Of a DNA stretch of 64,000 nt, positions 1-12,435 are shown piece after piece. Numbering within the stretch: position 1 is the first letter of the stretch; every line of letters starts with the position of its first letter. The notes beneath the pieces were generated by a model. That model was not told where the DNA came from and did no database searches. It was given only the letters and a program-made list of their open reading frames with translations. Source of the stretch: Stegostoma tigrinum (lineage: Eukaryota); NCBI RefSeq assembly GCF_030684315.1, contig NC_081355.1:82298924-82362923 (forward strand), read 5' to 3'. The position numbers and the translations under genes are program-made.

Positions 1-468
1 TTATGGAGGGACTGTCAAATGAGGAGAGATTAAGTAGATTGAGTGTGTACTCACTGGAATATAGAAGAATGACAGACAATCTTGTTGAAACACACAATAT
101 ACTTAAAGGAATTTACAGGATAGATACAGAAAGGTTGCTTACCTTTTTTTACTCTAGAACCAGAAGACATAATCTCAGAATAAGGGAGCACCCAATTATT
201 ACAGAGCCAAGGAGGATTTTTTTTTCTCAGAGAATATTGGATTGATAGATTTCCTTGCTAAAGAGAGATTTTAAGGCTGGCTGGTTAAGTATGTTCAAGG
301 CTGGGATAGACAGATTTTTAATCAGTAAGAGAAACAAGGGTTATAGGGAAAGGCAAGAAAGTGGAATTGAGAGCTACCAGATCAGGAATGATCTCATACA
401 ATGGGAAAGCAAACTTGATAAGCTGAATGGTTTACTTTTGTTCCTACTACTTATTATGGTCTTATGAC
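1..468 (+). mobile_element. CR1 LINE 3' fragment (ORF2 C-terminus + tail)
   Basis: Translation GLSNEERLSRLSVYSLEYRRM...FFSQR resembles the CR1 ORF2 C-terminus; ends in a short (ttatggtc)n-like tail. Confidence 0.8.
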
Positions 469-1526
469 TGTGCTGTACCAAAACATGATTTAGCATGTGG
501 ATATTTTTTGAGCAACTCCCACTCCTAACTGAACATTAATTAATAAACTGATAATCCACCATAATTCTTGATTAGTGGTGTTAGAATGACAAATCTTTTC
601 TTGTGATCTGGTAATTGAAGGATCACTTTCCTTTGCTTAAAACCTCTTTGCTTTAGTGTTTAGCCTGCACTGATTGGGTTCAGAAATGAGCATCTCGGTG
701 ATATGGTGACAAAGTTATAGGTGACAGAAATAATTTCATTGTGATCAAAACGTTTAATGGCACATTGGACCGAAAATGTACTGCTCATTTCGGGCAGTGA
801 AAGAAAAATTCTTCCCATTTCACTGTTGATGTAATCCAACAGATGACACAAATTCTGTAAGTTATCTCCTTACAATTCACACATGTTCCTATTAGAAGGG
901 ATTTGATGTGACCATGCTGGATCCAAATGATGAAGCCCCTACTTCCCAATTATGATGTTCCTGGAGAAGATCTCCCAATTGGTTGCCTCCAAACATTCCA
1001 ATATCAACAGCTGACGGCTCTGAAGGTTTAACTGTTGCACAGCAAAGGTGGGCATCCCTGAAGCAATTGAGAGATTGAAAGAGTTAGTTTGAAAGATTTC
1101 TTTTCAGTGGGATCAAGCAGGCTGATACCTTGCATTGGAAAGGAAATCCCTCAGATTGCTTGCTGGGGTGAAGGGGTGGCTTTTCTTACTGGTGGCTCCT
1201 ACCCCGAGAGCTGGAGTCTCTGGCTCCGATGATCCAGAGACCACCTCACTAAGTCTTAGGTCATCACGCACAGTGGAACAATCCACTGTTATGGGAATAT
1301 TAATGAGTAAATGATCCTAACTTGCGTCCTTAAATATCCAGGTTCGCTGCCCACCATATCGAAGCAACAGCTTGGTCCTCCAGGGCAAGGTGTCCCTGAT
1401 GACAGGAACGTGTAATGGAGCCATTTCAATGTGACTCCCTATACTGATGTCCTGCACTCCTCTCCCAGTAGAAAATTTGACCATTCGTTTTGTGTTAGCT
1501 TCGATACTGCAGATTATCTTCAACTC

Positions 1527-2652
1527 AGATAACAATGTGTAGAGCTGGACGAACACAGCAGGCTAAGCAGCAACAGAGGAGCAGGAAAGCTGACATTTAG
1601 GGTATAGACCCTTCTTCAGAAATGGGGAAGGGGATTATGAAATAAGTAGTGGGGGGGGAGATGGATAGAAGATGGATAAAGGAGAAGATAGGTGGAGAAG
1701 AGACAGACAGGTCAAGGAGGCAGGGTTGGAGCAAGTAAAGGTGAGTGTAGGTGGGGAGGTAGGGAGGGGATAGGTCAGTCCGGGGAGGATGGACAGGTCA
1801 AGGAGGCGGGTTGAGGCTGGTAGGTAGGAGATGGGAGTGGGGCTTGAGGTGGGAGGAGTGGATAGGTGGGAGGACAGGTTGGGGAGGCAGGTACGAGCTG
1901 GGCTGGTTTTGGGATGCGGCTGGGAGAGGGGAGATTTTGAAGCTTGTGACGTCCACATTGATACCATTGGGCTGCAGTGTTCCCAAGCGAAATATGAGAG
2001 CGGTTCCTGCAAACTTCGGGTGGCATTGTTGTGGTACTGCAGGAGGCCCAGGATGGACATATTGTCCAAGGAGTGAGAGGGGGATTTGAAATGATTCGGA
2101 CTGGGAGGTGCAGTTATTTGTGGCGAACCGAGCGTAGGTGTTTCACAACGTGGTCCCGAAGCCTCCGCTTGGTTTTCCCGATGTAGAGGAGACCACAACG
2201 GGAACAGTGGATGCAGTATATCACATTAGCAGATGTGCAGGTGAACAGCTGTTGCTGTGGAAGGTCTTCTCTTGGGCCTGGGATGGGGGTGAGTGGGGAG
2301 GTATAGGGGCAGGTGTAGCACTTCCTGTGGTTGCAGGGAAAAGTGCCGGGTGTGCTGGGGCTGGAGTGGAATATGGAGCAGACAAGGGAGACACGGAGAG
2401 AGTGGTCCCTCCGGAAAGCAGATAAGGGTGGGGAGGGAAAAATGTCTTTGGTGGTGGGGTCTGATTACAGATGGCAGAAGTGTCGGAGAATGATGCGTTG
2501 GATCCGGAGGTTGGTGGGGTGGTATGTGAGAACGAGGGGAATTCTGTTTTGGTTGTTATTACGGGGAGGGAGTGTGAGGGATGAGTTGCGGGAAATGCGA
2601 GAGACACGGTCGAGGGGTTTTCGACCACTGTGGAAGGGAAGTTGTGGTCCTT
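1527..2652 (-). mobile_element. Penelope-like element (Neptune-type), 5'-truncated, degenerate
   Basis: Minus-strand peptides RIPLVLTYHPTNLRIQRIILRHF, HFKSPSHSLDNMSILGL, GTLQPNGINVD; pLTR end with a degenerate hammerhead motif near 1590-1620. Confidence 0.9.
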
Positions 2653-4184
2653 TAACTCTGTAACTCTTTTTTTTTCTCACAAACAAGCATTTGCTTAGTG
2701 AATGGAACTTTTCTTGACTGAACTGTTTACAGTTAGAATACTGAATGCAACTAACAGATGGGTTTGGAATCTGTGGAAAACATTTATACCAAATGATCAT
2801 TGACGGGAATAGAAGTTGCTCTGTCAGAATTTAGTAACTTTAACTGTAAATGTAACATTTCATAGCATTTCAGAAAAGAACTACATTATTATACTGCATT
2901 TTCCACTGCAGTAACAGTTGTACTGGTGTTATTTAATAATTATTTTACAAATATAGATCTCACTTTGGCAGCCAGTGCTGATTCTACAGAATATGTATTT
3001 CGTAGAAGGATATGACAATCTTTGCAACATAATTGGAAATTCAAACATGTCTCATGGACGGTTAGGCGAAAATCAGAATAAATGGTGTTTACTGATTTAA
3101 GAAAACGCACAAGTGTTGCGGTCAGTAGCTTTTGTTACAGGGTCAAACAGGCCAGCCACCCTGCTATGCTATAAATATCCTACAATCAACAATGAATGCA
3201 GAAGAATAACCTTTAGCTGTGTTTCTCCCTGGGCACTCACATTCTCTAAAAAATTTTGGTGTATTAGTTTTATATGGGCTGTCTTTTTTTTCTGCTGCCA
3301 GAAGAAAATATAGCAGCAAATGGCTTTGAATTTCATGAGGATATATTCCCAATGGTAATGCCCGGTACATGCCTATATGTCCAGCTGCACCAATGTTGCT
3401 GGAGTTTGTGGGCTAGTGAGGTGTATATGGTTCATGCAACTGATGCTTCACTGTTCCTCCTTTGGCTCAGATTATTGGAAATCTTAGCTCCCAGCTTCCA
3501 TTTGGAGAGGGATTGTTCAGTTCTTCTCTTGGAATCTCAGCCCTTATGCCAAGAAGATCATCTGACTTCTAACCTTTAGTGACATTTGTTCTGCAGCTGC
3601 CCTGGCCTAGATCCCAATGGTTTTTCCACTTACACCCAATTGGATAACAGTTCTTCCTGACATGAAACAAGTTAGTACCACTTGGAATGGCTGCAACCCA
3701 GTTCATGAAGATTTGTTTGTTGCAGGGAATTGAGGGCATTCCTCTGGTCTCAGCAGAATTATGGCAGGAGTCTGTCAGAAATCTGAGTAACTTTGGCTTC
3801 TTATCTCTAACTCGTTGCCGATTTTAACAGTCATAATATTATTGCATTCCCTTTCTCCTACTCTTCATTTATTTCAATCATCTCAAATGTATCCATTTAA
3901 TTTCAACTGCGCTGACATCCAGGATGAAACATCAAGCATAGATATTGTGACAGCAGAGAGGATATTAGCCAATGATTTGCGCTTACTGCTTGTTTCCAGT
4001 TGATGACTGGAAACTCTTGCCTGCTCCATTCTCAGCACAGGCTGTATCTGTAGCCACTGTGAATTTTCCCACAGGATGAGAATGTAGGGATTCCTAATCA
4101 TCGTGCTTTTGCTGTAAGATGAAATCATGATTAATTACATTTTTACATTCTCTTCGTGATTAATTGTGTGTTTTCCTTCTGCAG

Positions 4185-4253
4185 GGTGATCGTGGCCCCA
4201 CTGGTTCACATGGCCCAATAGGAGACCCTGGGATTGGATATCCTGGCCCAAAG
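4185..4253 (+). CDS. COL28A1: Collagen XXVIII-like triple-helix exon (GDRGPTGSHGPIGDPGIGYPGPK)
   Basis: ttttccttctgcAG acceptor and GTgatc donor; 69 bp, phase 0; Gly-X-Y with one G-X-G imperfection. Regular 23-aa G-X-G periodicity is characteristic of collagen XXVIII. The paralogue (a1 vs a2-type) is not resolved. Confidence 0.85.
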
Positions 4254-6193
4254 GTGATCAGCAGCATCTTGTTTCTACTTGTCATTAAAATTTATGTGGC
4301 ATATAATCAGCTGTTGCTCAGATTCCCTGAGAAAGCTTCTGGGAATTTGTGTGAAATATTGTAACAGTTATAGTCAGTAACTTGTGCTACATGAGGGAAG
4401 TGTGGAAATCATAGGCTGTTCTGCTACACCAAAGAAACATCCAGTCTATGGTCTGCCTATGGAGGGGTATATTGGGACTCCAACGAGCCAGTCTTTTAAT
4501 CAGAGAATCACAGAGTTATTGGGATACAGAATGAGGTCATTTGGCTCATCATGTGCATCATCTCCCTGAGTAAACACTGTGACTAAATGTCTTCTCCTGC
4601 CTTTTACTCCTGACCCTGAATATTGTTTCTAAGTAATCGCCTGATGGCCTCTTGAATGCCTTAGTCAAATCTGTCTGCTCCAATTTTTGCAGCAGTGTGA
4701 AAAAATTTCTTCCCACATTACATTTTTTTTGAAGTTTTTGCAAGTTATCTCATATATTTGTCCCCTCTGATTCTTGATCCTTTTATGCTAGGGAGCAGTT
4801 TCTCTCAAGCCCTCACAACTGATGTTTCTCATCTAAGGAGCTATTGTTGTATGACTCCTCCACACTTGTGCCACTGTGTTCACATCCTTCCTAAAGCCTG
4901 TGCCTCTGCAATTTTCATTCTCACTTCCTTCCTTGGACACCTCTCATCTGCCCCCAGTGATTACAAATTTATGTACAGGCAATCTATTCTATGCCAACAT
5001 CTAGTCAATTTTAAGTCCTTCAAGTGAGTGAGTTTCCTCCTCTATTGGCATGGGTCAAGTAGCAACTCCTTCCTTGGTTAAGACAAATGCAAAATATTCA
5101 TTTCGTATTTCAGCAATGTCCCTGCCTTCATGTGTAAATTCCCATTTTGGTCCCTAATCAGCTCTGAGACAACCTTGACCCTGGATTAACACAAGAGCAG
5201 CATCTCTACTGTGGCAATGAAAATCTGCCAATTTCTTATTAAATGGGAGACTAACATGGAACCTCAATCACTGGGAAGGCCCAATGGTGGCCACTTGAAT
5301 GCCTTAATAGTATTCAATTCCACCAGGTTCCCCCTGCCACAGACTGATCGAGGTCCCTCTCTGATTTCTAACTAGTGGACAAGAATCCCCTTGGCTCAAC
5401 AAAATCCTAGTTGTTGACTTTTGAATAAATTGAGCTTATGGAAGGTGGGAACTGGAAATCTGGTAAGTAAAGCGATGGTATAACAGCATCAAGAGGTCAC
5501 AAAAACATGGATAAGTATTTCAGGTGGTGAGGGTCAGGAAAAGGTGTGGAGTTCAGATCAACAGGGCATAATACTGGCATAAAAGTGCCAAGGATAGATT
5601 GTTCGTGGGTAATGGTATCAATGATTATGGAAACAAAATGAGTTGATCAAGTTAAGATTCAGATCAGCCATGATCTAATTGAATTCCTGAACAATCTCTG
5701 GAGGCTGAATGTTCTTCTCCTGTCCCTACGTTCTAATGTACTTATTCTGTTATATCTGCCTGATATAAGAATGAAGTTGTCATTTTCAAATAGTTAACAA
5801 GAAACCAGACAGCAAATTCAGAAAACAATCTTCTTTACTGGGTGTGACCAAAATGCAGACCTTGTTACCAAAAATGTGATAGTACTAAACTTACAAGTCA
5901 TTTGCCAGCACAGCAAGTATTGAAGTGAATAATATAGGTGCATTTAAGAGGAAGTTAGATAAACACATCAAGAAGTGGAGAATATAAAAATGTGTTAGTA
6001 GAGTCAGGTGAGGAAGGATCAGAAGTGGCCTGGCAAAAGAAGAAGTGTTGGCATCGTCTACTTGGGTCAAATGGCCTATTTATGAGCTGGATATTCTTGG
6101 ATATTCTGTGTAATTCTAAGTATGTCACTTTGCAGTGGAATAAAATTTGGACAGGCTCTATAATGGACAATCAATTTGATCAGATTGATTACA

Positions 6194-6558
6194 GGGGAGG
6201 CAGTGGCCGAGTGGTATTATCGCTGGACTGTTAATCCAGAAACCCAAGTAATGTTCTGGGGACCTGGGTTCAAATCCTGCCATGCCAGCTCTTGGAATTT
6301 GACTTCAATAGATATCTGGAATTAAGAGTCTAATGATGACCATGAATCCACTGCCGTTTGTTGGGAAAAACCCATCTGGTTCATTAATGTCCTTTAGCAA
6401 AGGAAACCACCATCCTTAGCTGGTCTGGCTGACATGTTACTTGAGATCCATAACAATATGGTTGACTCTTAACTGTCTTCTGGGTAATTAGGGATGGGCA
6501 ATAAATGCTGGGCTAGCCAGCGATGCCCTCATCATATGAATGAAAAAAGGAAAAAAAA
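6194..6558 (+). mobile_element. tRNA-derived SINE with Deu-like core and L2-type tail
   Basis: tRNA-like head (ggcagtggccgagtggt ... gggttcaaatcc) and 3' tail ggcaataaatgctgg...catcatatgaatgaaaaaa. Confidence 0.7.
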
Positions 6559-6596
6559 TTATCGCCCTTGCAGTAAAACTGAAAACATACCCCATT

Positions 6597-6760
6597 GTTT
6601 TAAATGGCACCTGGATGGGTACATGAATAGGAAGAGTTTAGAGGGATACGGACCAAATGTTGGCAGATAGGACTAGGTCAGATTGGAATGTCCGGTCGAT
6701 GCAGATGAGTTGGACCAAAGGATCCATTTCCGTGTTGTATGAATCTATGACCCTGTATCA
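6597..6760 (+). mobile_element. CR1 3' tail fragment
   Basis: tacatgaataggaagagtttagagggatacggacc...ctatgac, matching other CR1 tails in the window. Confidence 0.65.
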
Positions 6761-6882
6761 TGAAGATCTTCTCCTGCGTACAAGGTTTCTTCAGTTGAAA
6801 AAGATGTATTTGAACAATATCTTTTGTACAATACTTGATAAAAAAGTAATAACCATGTGAATGAAAATTGTTTTGTTCTCAG

Positions 6883-6951
6883 GGTGAAAAAGGTTCGCAA
6901 GGAAGATCTGGTCCTTCTGGACCTGCTGGCATTGGAGAACCTGGAATACCT
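6883..6951 (+). CDS. COL28A1: Collagen XXVIII-like exon (GEKGSQGRSGPSGPAGIGEPGIP)
   Basis: ttttgttctcAG / GTatgc; 69 bp, phase 0. Confidence 0.85.
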
Positions 6952-7156
6952 GTATGCAATTTTCATTTTTTTTTAAAGCATACTGTAATTATCAAACTAT
7001 TCCATCTTCCTCAAAGTCCAAAATACTATTATTTTTTGTTGTGGTTTCTTGTTCTGTTTACTATACAATGTAAGAAGTATTTAGATGTGCACTTGTGATA
7101 CCAAGGTATGTGAGGCTTTGAGACAAGCGCTAGAAAATGGGATTGGAATTATTAGA

Positions 7157-8281
7157 AAACAAAGTGTGGAGCTGGATGAACACAGCAGGCCAAGCAGCAT
7201 CTTAGGAGCACAAAAGCTGACGGTTCAGGCCTAGACCCTTTATCGGAAAAGGGGGATGGGGAGAGGGTTCTGAAATAAATAGAGGAAGCCGCAACGGGTA
7301 CAGCGGATGCAGTATACCACATTGGCAGATGTGCAGCATCCCCACCCTTGTCTGCCTTCCAGAGAGACCATTCTCTCCAGGACTCCCTTGTCCGTTCCAC
7401 ACTCCCCTCCAATCCCACCACCCCTGGCACTTTTCCCTGCAATGGCAGGAAGTGCTAAACTTGCCCCCACACCCCCTCCCTCACCCACATCCCAGGCCCC
7501 AAGATGACTTTCCACATCAAGCAGATGTTCACCTGCACATCTGCCAATGTGGTATACTGCATCTGCTGTACCCGGTGTGGCTTCATCTACATTGGGGAAA
7601 CCAGTGGATGCTTGGGGACCACATTGCAGAACCCCTCCGCTCGGTTCGCAATAAACAACTGCACCTCCCAGTCGTGAACCATTTCAACTCCCCCTCTCGT
7701 TCCTCAGACAACATGTCCATCATGGGCCTCCTGCAGTGCCACAATGATGCCACCCGAACATTGCAGGAACAGCAACTCATATTCCGTATGAGAACCCTGC
7801 AGCCCAATGGTAGCAATGTGGATTTCACAATCTCCCCTCCCCTTACTGCATCCCAAAACCAGCCCAGCTCATCCCTGCCTCCCTAACCTGTTCTTCTTCT
7901 CGCCTATCCCACCCTCCCACCTCAAGCCACACTCCCATTTCCTACCTACTAACCCGATTCTGCCCCCTTGACCTCTCCATCCTCCCCAGACGGACCTATC
8001 CCCTCCCTACCTCCCCACCTATACTCACCTCTACAGTCTCCATCCCCGCCCCTTTAACTTGTCTGTGTCCTCTCCACCTATCTTCTCCTCTATCCATCTT
8101 TGGTCCGCCTCACCCCTCTCCCTATTTATTTCAGAACCCTCTCCCCATCCCCCTTTTCTGATGAAGGGTCGAGGCCCGAAATGTCAGCTTTTGTGCTCCT
8201 GAAATGCAGCTTGGCCTGCTGTGTACATCCAGCTCCACACTTTGTTATCTCGGATTCTCCAGCATCTGCAGTTCCCACTAG
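7157..8281 (+). mobile_element. PLE copy with an internally deleted, inverted 5' arm (7157-7336), inserted in a CR1 tail
   Basis: GIY-YIG region (ANVVYCI-C-RCG-IYIGET) on +, hammerhead motif 8158-8185, tail ...gcatctgcagttcccacta; imperfect TSD gattggaattattaga (7141-7156) / gattgtaattagtaga (8286-8301). Confidence 0.9.
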
Positions 8282-9083
8282 GTCTGATTGTAATTAGTAG
8301 ACGCTTGTTTTTGACCAGCACAGATGTGATGGGCCTTTTTTGTGCTGTAGATCTCGATGACTCTTTGAGTATTACAATTTAACCTGTTTAATATCACCAG
8401 CCAGTTTTGTCTCATTTATTATTAGGTATATAAACTGTGTGGAAATAAGGAACATCGTGTTTTATGGTGATTGAATGATGAGCATAAGAAACTCTAGACT
8501 GAGAATTGCAAACATTACTGGAATTGAAATGAGCTCTTAAACGTACATGTTAGTTTCTGCAATGAAGACAAAGCTTCAGAGTGGTCACTTGAAGGGAGAA
8601 CAGTGCAGATTTGAGAGTTGCACTTGTTAGTTGCTGCACACTCACAGATATTATATTTAGAGCCTACATTTAGTTACATTGTTCCTGGGACATCCTTCAT
8701 TCCAAGCGAATATCCACAAGTTTTCCCGGACCACAATATGTCGCCTTTTCCTCAGCCGCCACTGGGAATTCGACACACTCTCACACCTTATTTGTCTCCC
8801 TTGCTGACTTATACTCTCCTCATTACCAGCGCAGGCTTGAGGGCCGAAGGACCTGTTCCTGTGCTGTAATTTTCTTTTTCTTTGTTCATTGCCCTGTACC
8901 AGACTCTCAATGACACTTTGATCATCCAATTTTCTGGGTATGTTTGGAAGCAAGTCCATGATTCCAATTAAAACTCTCTTTTCAAGAATGCACTGTACTG
9001 AGTCAATTGTTGCACTCAGAAGGTGAAAAGTGTAATGTTATGTAAAGTGGGCAAAGAAGTAAATGACGATTACTTAGTTTGTT

Positions 9084-9868
9084 AGATGACAATGTGTAGA
9101 GCTGGATGAACACAGCAGGCCAAGTAGTATCAGAGGAGCAGGAAAGCTGACATTTCGGATCAGGGCCTTTCTTCAGAAATGGGGAGACGAAGGGGATTCT
9201 GAAATAAATAGAGAGAGAGGGAGAGGTGGATGGAAGATGGATAAAGGAGCAGATAGATGGAGAGGAGAGAGACAGGTCAGAGAGCCGGGGATGGAGCCAG
9301 TAAAGGTGAGTGTAGGTGGGGAGTTAGGGTGGGCATAGGTCAGTCCAGGGAGGACGGACAGGTCAAAGAGGCGGGATGAGGATGGTAGGTAGGAGGTAGG
9401 GGTGGGGCTTGAGGCAGGAAGAGTGGATAGGTAGGAGGAAGGACGGACACGTTAGGGAGGCGAAGATGAGCTGGGCTGGTTTTGGAATGCAGTCGGGGGA
9501 AGAGAGATTTTGAAGCTTGTGAAGTTCACATTGATACCATTGGACTCCAGAGTTCCCAAGCGAAATATGAGGTGCTGTTCCTGCAACCTTCAGTTGGCAT
9601 CATTGTGGCAGTGGAGGAGGCCTAGGATGGACTTGTTGTCCAAAGAGTGGGAGGGGGAGTTGAAATGTTTTGCGGCTGGGACATGCAGTCGCTTGTTGCA
9701 AACCAAACGTAGGTGTTCCACAAAGCGGTCTCCAAGCCTCCATTTAGTTTCCCCGATGTAGAGGAGTCCACATCGGGAACAGCGGATACAGTATACAACA
9801 TTAGCAGATGTGCAGGTGAACATCTGCTTGATGTGGAAGGTCTTCTTAGGGCCTGGGGTAGAGGTGAA
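9084..9868 (-). mobile_element. PLE 3' fragment (GIY-YIG + pLTR)
   Basis: ORF 9590..9823 FTCTSANVVYCIRCSRCGLLYIGETKWRLGDRFVEH. Confidence 0.9.
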
Positions 9869-10149
9869 GATGTTGTTTGTTGCCTTGCTTGCCTAACTTG
9901 GTGAGATCATTGAGTTCTGTTTGTTACCAGTTAACAATCCTATGTAGAAAGATCGCCTCAGCACCAGTACCCTACCCACTGGCATAATTAACATACAATA
10001 AAAACAGAAAATACCAGAAACAGTGATATTTATATTTAGCTGACATGCCGGTAGACTCATCCATAGGATTATGCTCTCTGAATTCAGTTTTATCAAGAAG
10101 AGTTGAAGTCCAGAAAAATCCATTGTCCACAGAGATTTGGATGAAGCCA

Positions 10150-10720
10150 CGCTCAGAGAGGAGAGAAGATAGGAGGCAGCCAGGAGTTCATTGGAATTGT
10201 CAAGTCTATAGATAAGGAAGGCATGAGTGAGGGCTTTAGTAGCAGATGAGCTGAGGCAAGAGTGAAATTGAGCAATGTTACTGAAATGGTAATAGGTAGT
10301 CTGAGAATTAGCATGACTACATGGTTGAAATACCAGTTCACCCGTTCACAATTGAGCGAGCAAGCGATGGAGTTGGTGGATGTAAATCATGGTTTGTGAT
10401 GAGGGAGATTCAACGGCTTACATTTTCTGAATATTTAGTTGGAGGAAATTTTTAGTTACCTAGTATTGGATGTCGTGTAATTATTCTGACAGTTTAGCGA
10501 AGTGGAGGGTTTGAGAGAGATGGTGGTGAGAGAAGGTTAAGTATTTTCAGTGTACATATGGAAACAAATACTATGTTTGTTGGTGATGTTTGCTGAGTGC
10601 AGTATTCAGTGGGAAATAGGAGATGCAAAGCATACATCCCTGGAGTACACCACAGGTATTCATGTAGGTCAGGGAAGAAAAACCTTGATAATGACTGGAT
10701 AAATGAGAATAAATCCAAGA
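10150..10720 (-). mobile_element. Old L2 LINE ORF2 relic
   Basis: Minus strand reads approximately LTHAFLIYRLDNSNELLAA, resembling the L2 HAFITSRLDYCNSLL motif. Confidence 0.6.
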
Positions 10721-11447
10721 GAATCAGTCTCAGGTGGGTGAAATTGGAAAGGCATTAGAATTAGAATTATCTTTACTATCACAAGTACTCACATGAGTGA
10801 AAAGTTTACTTGTCACCACATACGGCACCATTTTAAGTACCAAGGTACCGAGGTACAGATTCTCGAGTGCAAATTCTTAGGAAAAAAATCAGAAGCAAAA
10901 TAAAGAAATAAAAAGCCCGGTAATAAATTAGAAAAATAGAGAAATAAGATTTCAGAACAACAGTCCTTCCAACCCAGACTGCGCTGGACTTCAACCCAAG
11001 GCCAGGAGCCTGAGTCCACGCTGGCCCTCACCCTGGTCATTACTAATGCTGTCCAAGGATAGGGCGTAAAACAAAAAAGAGAAAGGAAAAGAAACAAAGG
11101 GAGCAGACAAGCTCCAGCTCAGAAACCTAGTCCACCACCAACTTGGAGACAAAAGAAACGAAGATGATGTGGTTAGTTGTACCAAATTCTACACTTAAGG
11201 AGGACAAGCTCAAAGCATCAGCCTTCCTGCTCTGCTGATGCTGCTTGGCCTGCTGTGTTCATCCAGCTCTACACCTTGTTATTTCTTATGTTTGTCAAAC
11301 ATTAGCAAACATCACCAACAAACATAGTATTTGTTTCCATATGTGCACTGAAAACACTTAGCCTTCTCTCACCACCATCTCTCTCAAACCCTCCACTTCG
11401 CTAAACTGTCAGAATAATTACCTGACATCCAATACTAGGTAAGTAAA
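10451..11447. repeat. 144-bp inverted repeat pair (10451-10594 / 11304-11447)
   Basis: Direct reverse-complement match with only a few mismatches; spacer about 710 bp. Confidence 0.9.
11215..11285 (+). mobile_element. PLE pLTR terminal fragment
   Basis: cagccttcctgctc...cttggcctgctgtgttcatccagctctacaccttgttat. Confidence 0.8.
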
Positions 11448-12200
11448 CATGTTTTTAGATGTTCATGATCACAGTTAAGTAGTCGCTGGTTTGTAAGCAT
11501 TTTTCTAGTAGATTGTTGAGTCTGTTAAGACGTAGTAGCTTAAGCATGATACAGTTAGTTAAATAAAGAAAGTACAGTTAGTTCTGCTATAACGCATGTT
11601 TCATTAATGCGAATTGTCGGAATCCTTTTGGCCAATGGCCATGAGACAGCTACCCATGACATCAGATGATCATTGCCCCTTGCCTGCCCTCAACTATGGA
11701 TTTGTCAATTCTTTCCAAAACACACTGATAATCGGGTGCATTTGGTACAAGATAATTTGTTGATGCTAGTCTTGGGCTTCGTGGCCTTTGTGTTTTTCAT
11801 AATTCTTCCCTGTGTTTACATATGCTGGAGTTTTGGTAAGTTTGCACTGGTGTAAAAGTGGTCGCATGAAATCTCATGCTAAACAGTAAATACTACGACA
11901 GTTCAGTTATGAAGAGACCCCAGTATTCAACATCACAAACACATGGGATATCAATTGTAACTTGGGCAAGGGCCAGCATGGCACGGGTGAATACCTAATT
12001 GGAGGGATTTCATCATGAAGTTCGGGGCCAGATCAGCACGGATTAGGAGATCACCCTATTCGAAGATTTTGGAAAAGAGGGGAAGGTTGAAGATAGGCTT
12101 TGAGTTTATAAGGAGGAAGAGGTCAATGGTTCGTTTGAAGAAATGGGCATTGATGGCAGATTTGAAGAAAATATCAGTGAGAACACATAATGTAACTGCA

Positions 12201-12435
12201 ACAAAAATAGATATTGCTGGAAAAGCTCAGCAGGTCTGGCAGCATCTGTGAAGAGAAATTAGAGTTAATGTTTTGGGGCTGGTGATCATTCCTCAGAACT
12301 GTTCTGTGGAAGGGTAACTGGACCCGAAGCGTTAACTCTGATTTCTCTTCACAGATGCTGCCAGACTTGCTGAATTTTTCCAGTAATTTCTGTTTTTGTT
12401 TCAGATTTACAGCATCTGCAGTTCTTTTGGTTTTT
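12201..12435. mobile_element. Palindromic non-autonomous PLE mini-element, family 2 (head-to-head hammerhead-like motifs)
   Basis: Inverted arms centred at 12300 (cagaac-t-gttctg); extra tail on the right arm only; perfect 14-bp TSD ataatgtaactgca (12187-12200 / 12436-12449). Confidence 0.85.

Noticed and set aside
3164-3800. MYRALPLGI resembling a DIRS/Gypsy RT motif
   Set aside because: A single short motif; flanking RT motifs were not recoverable by eye.
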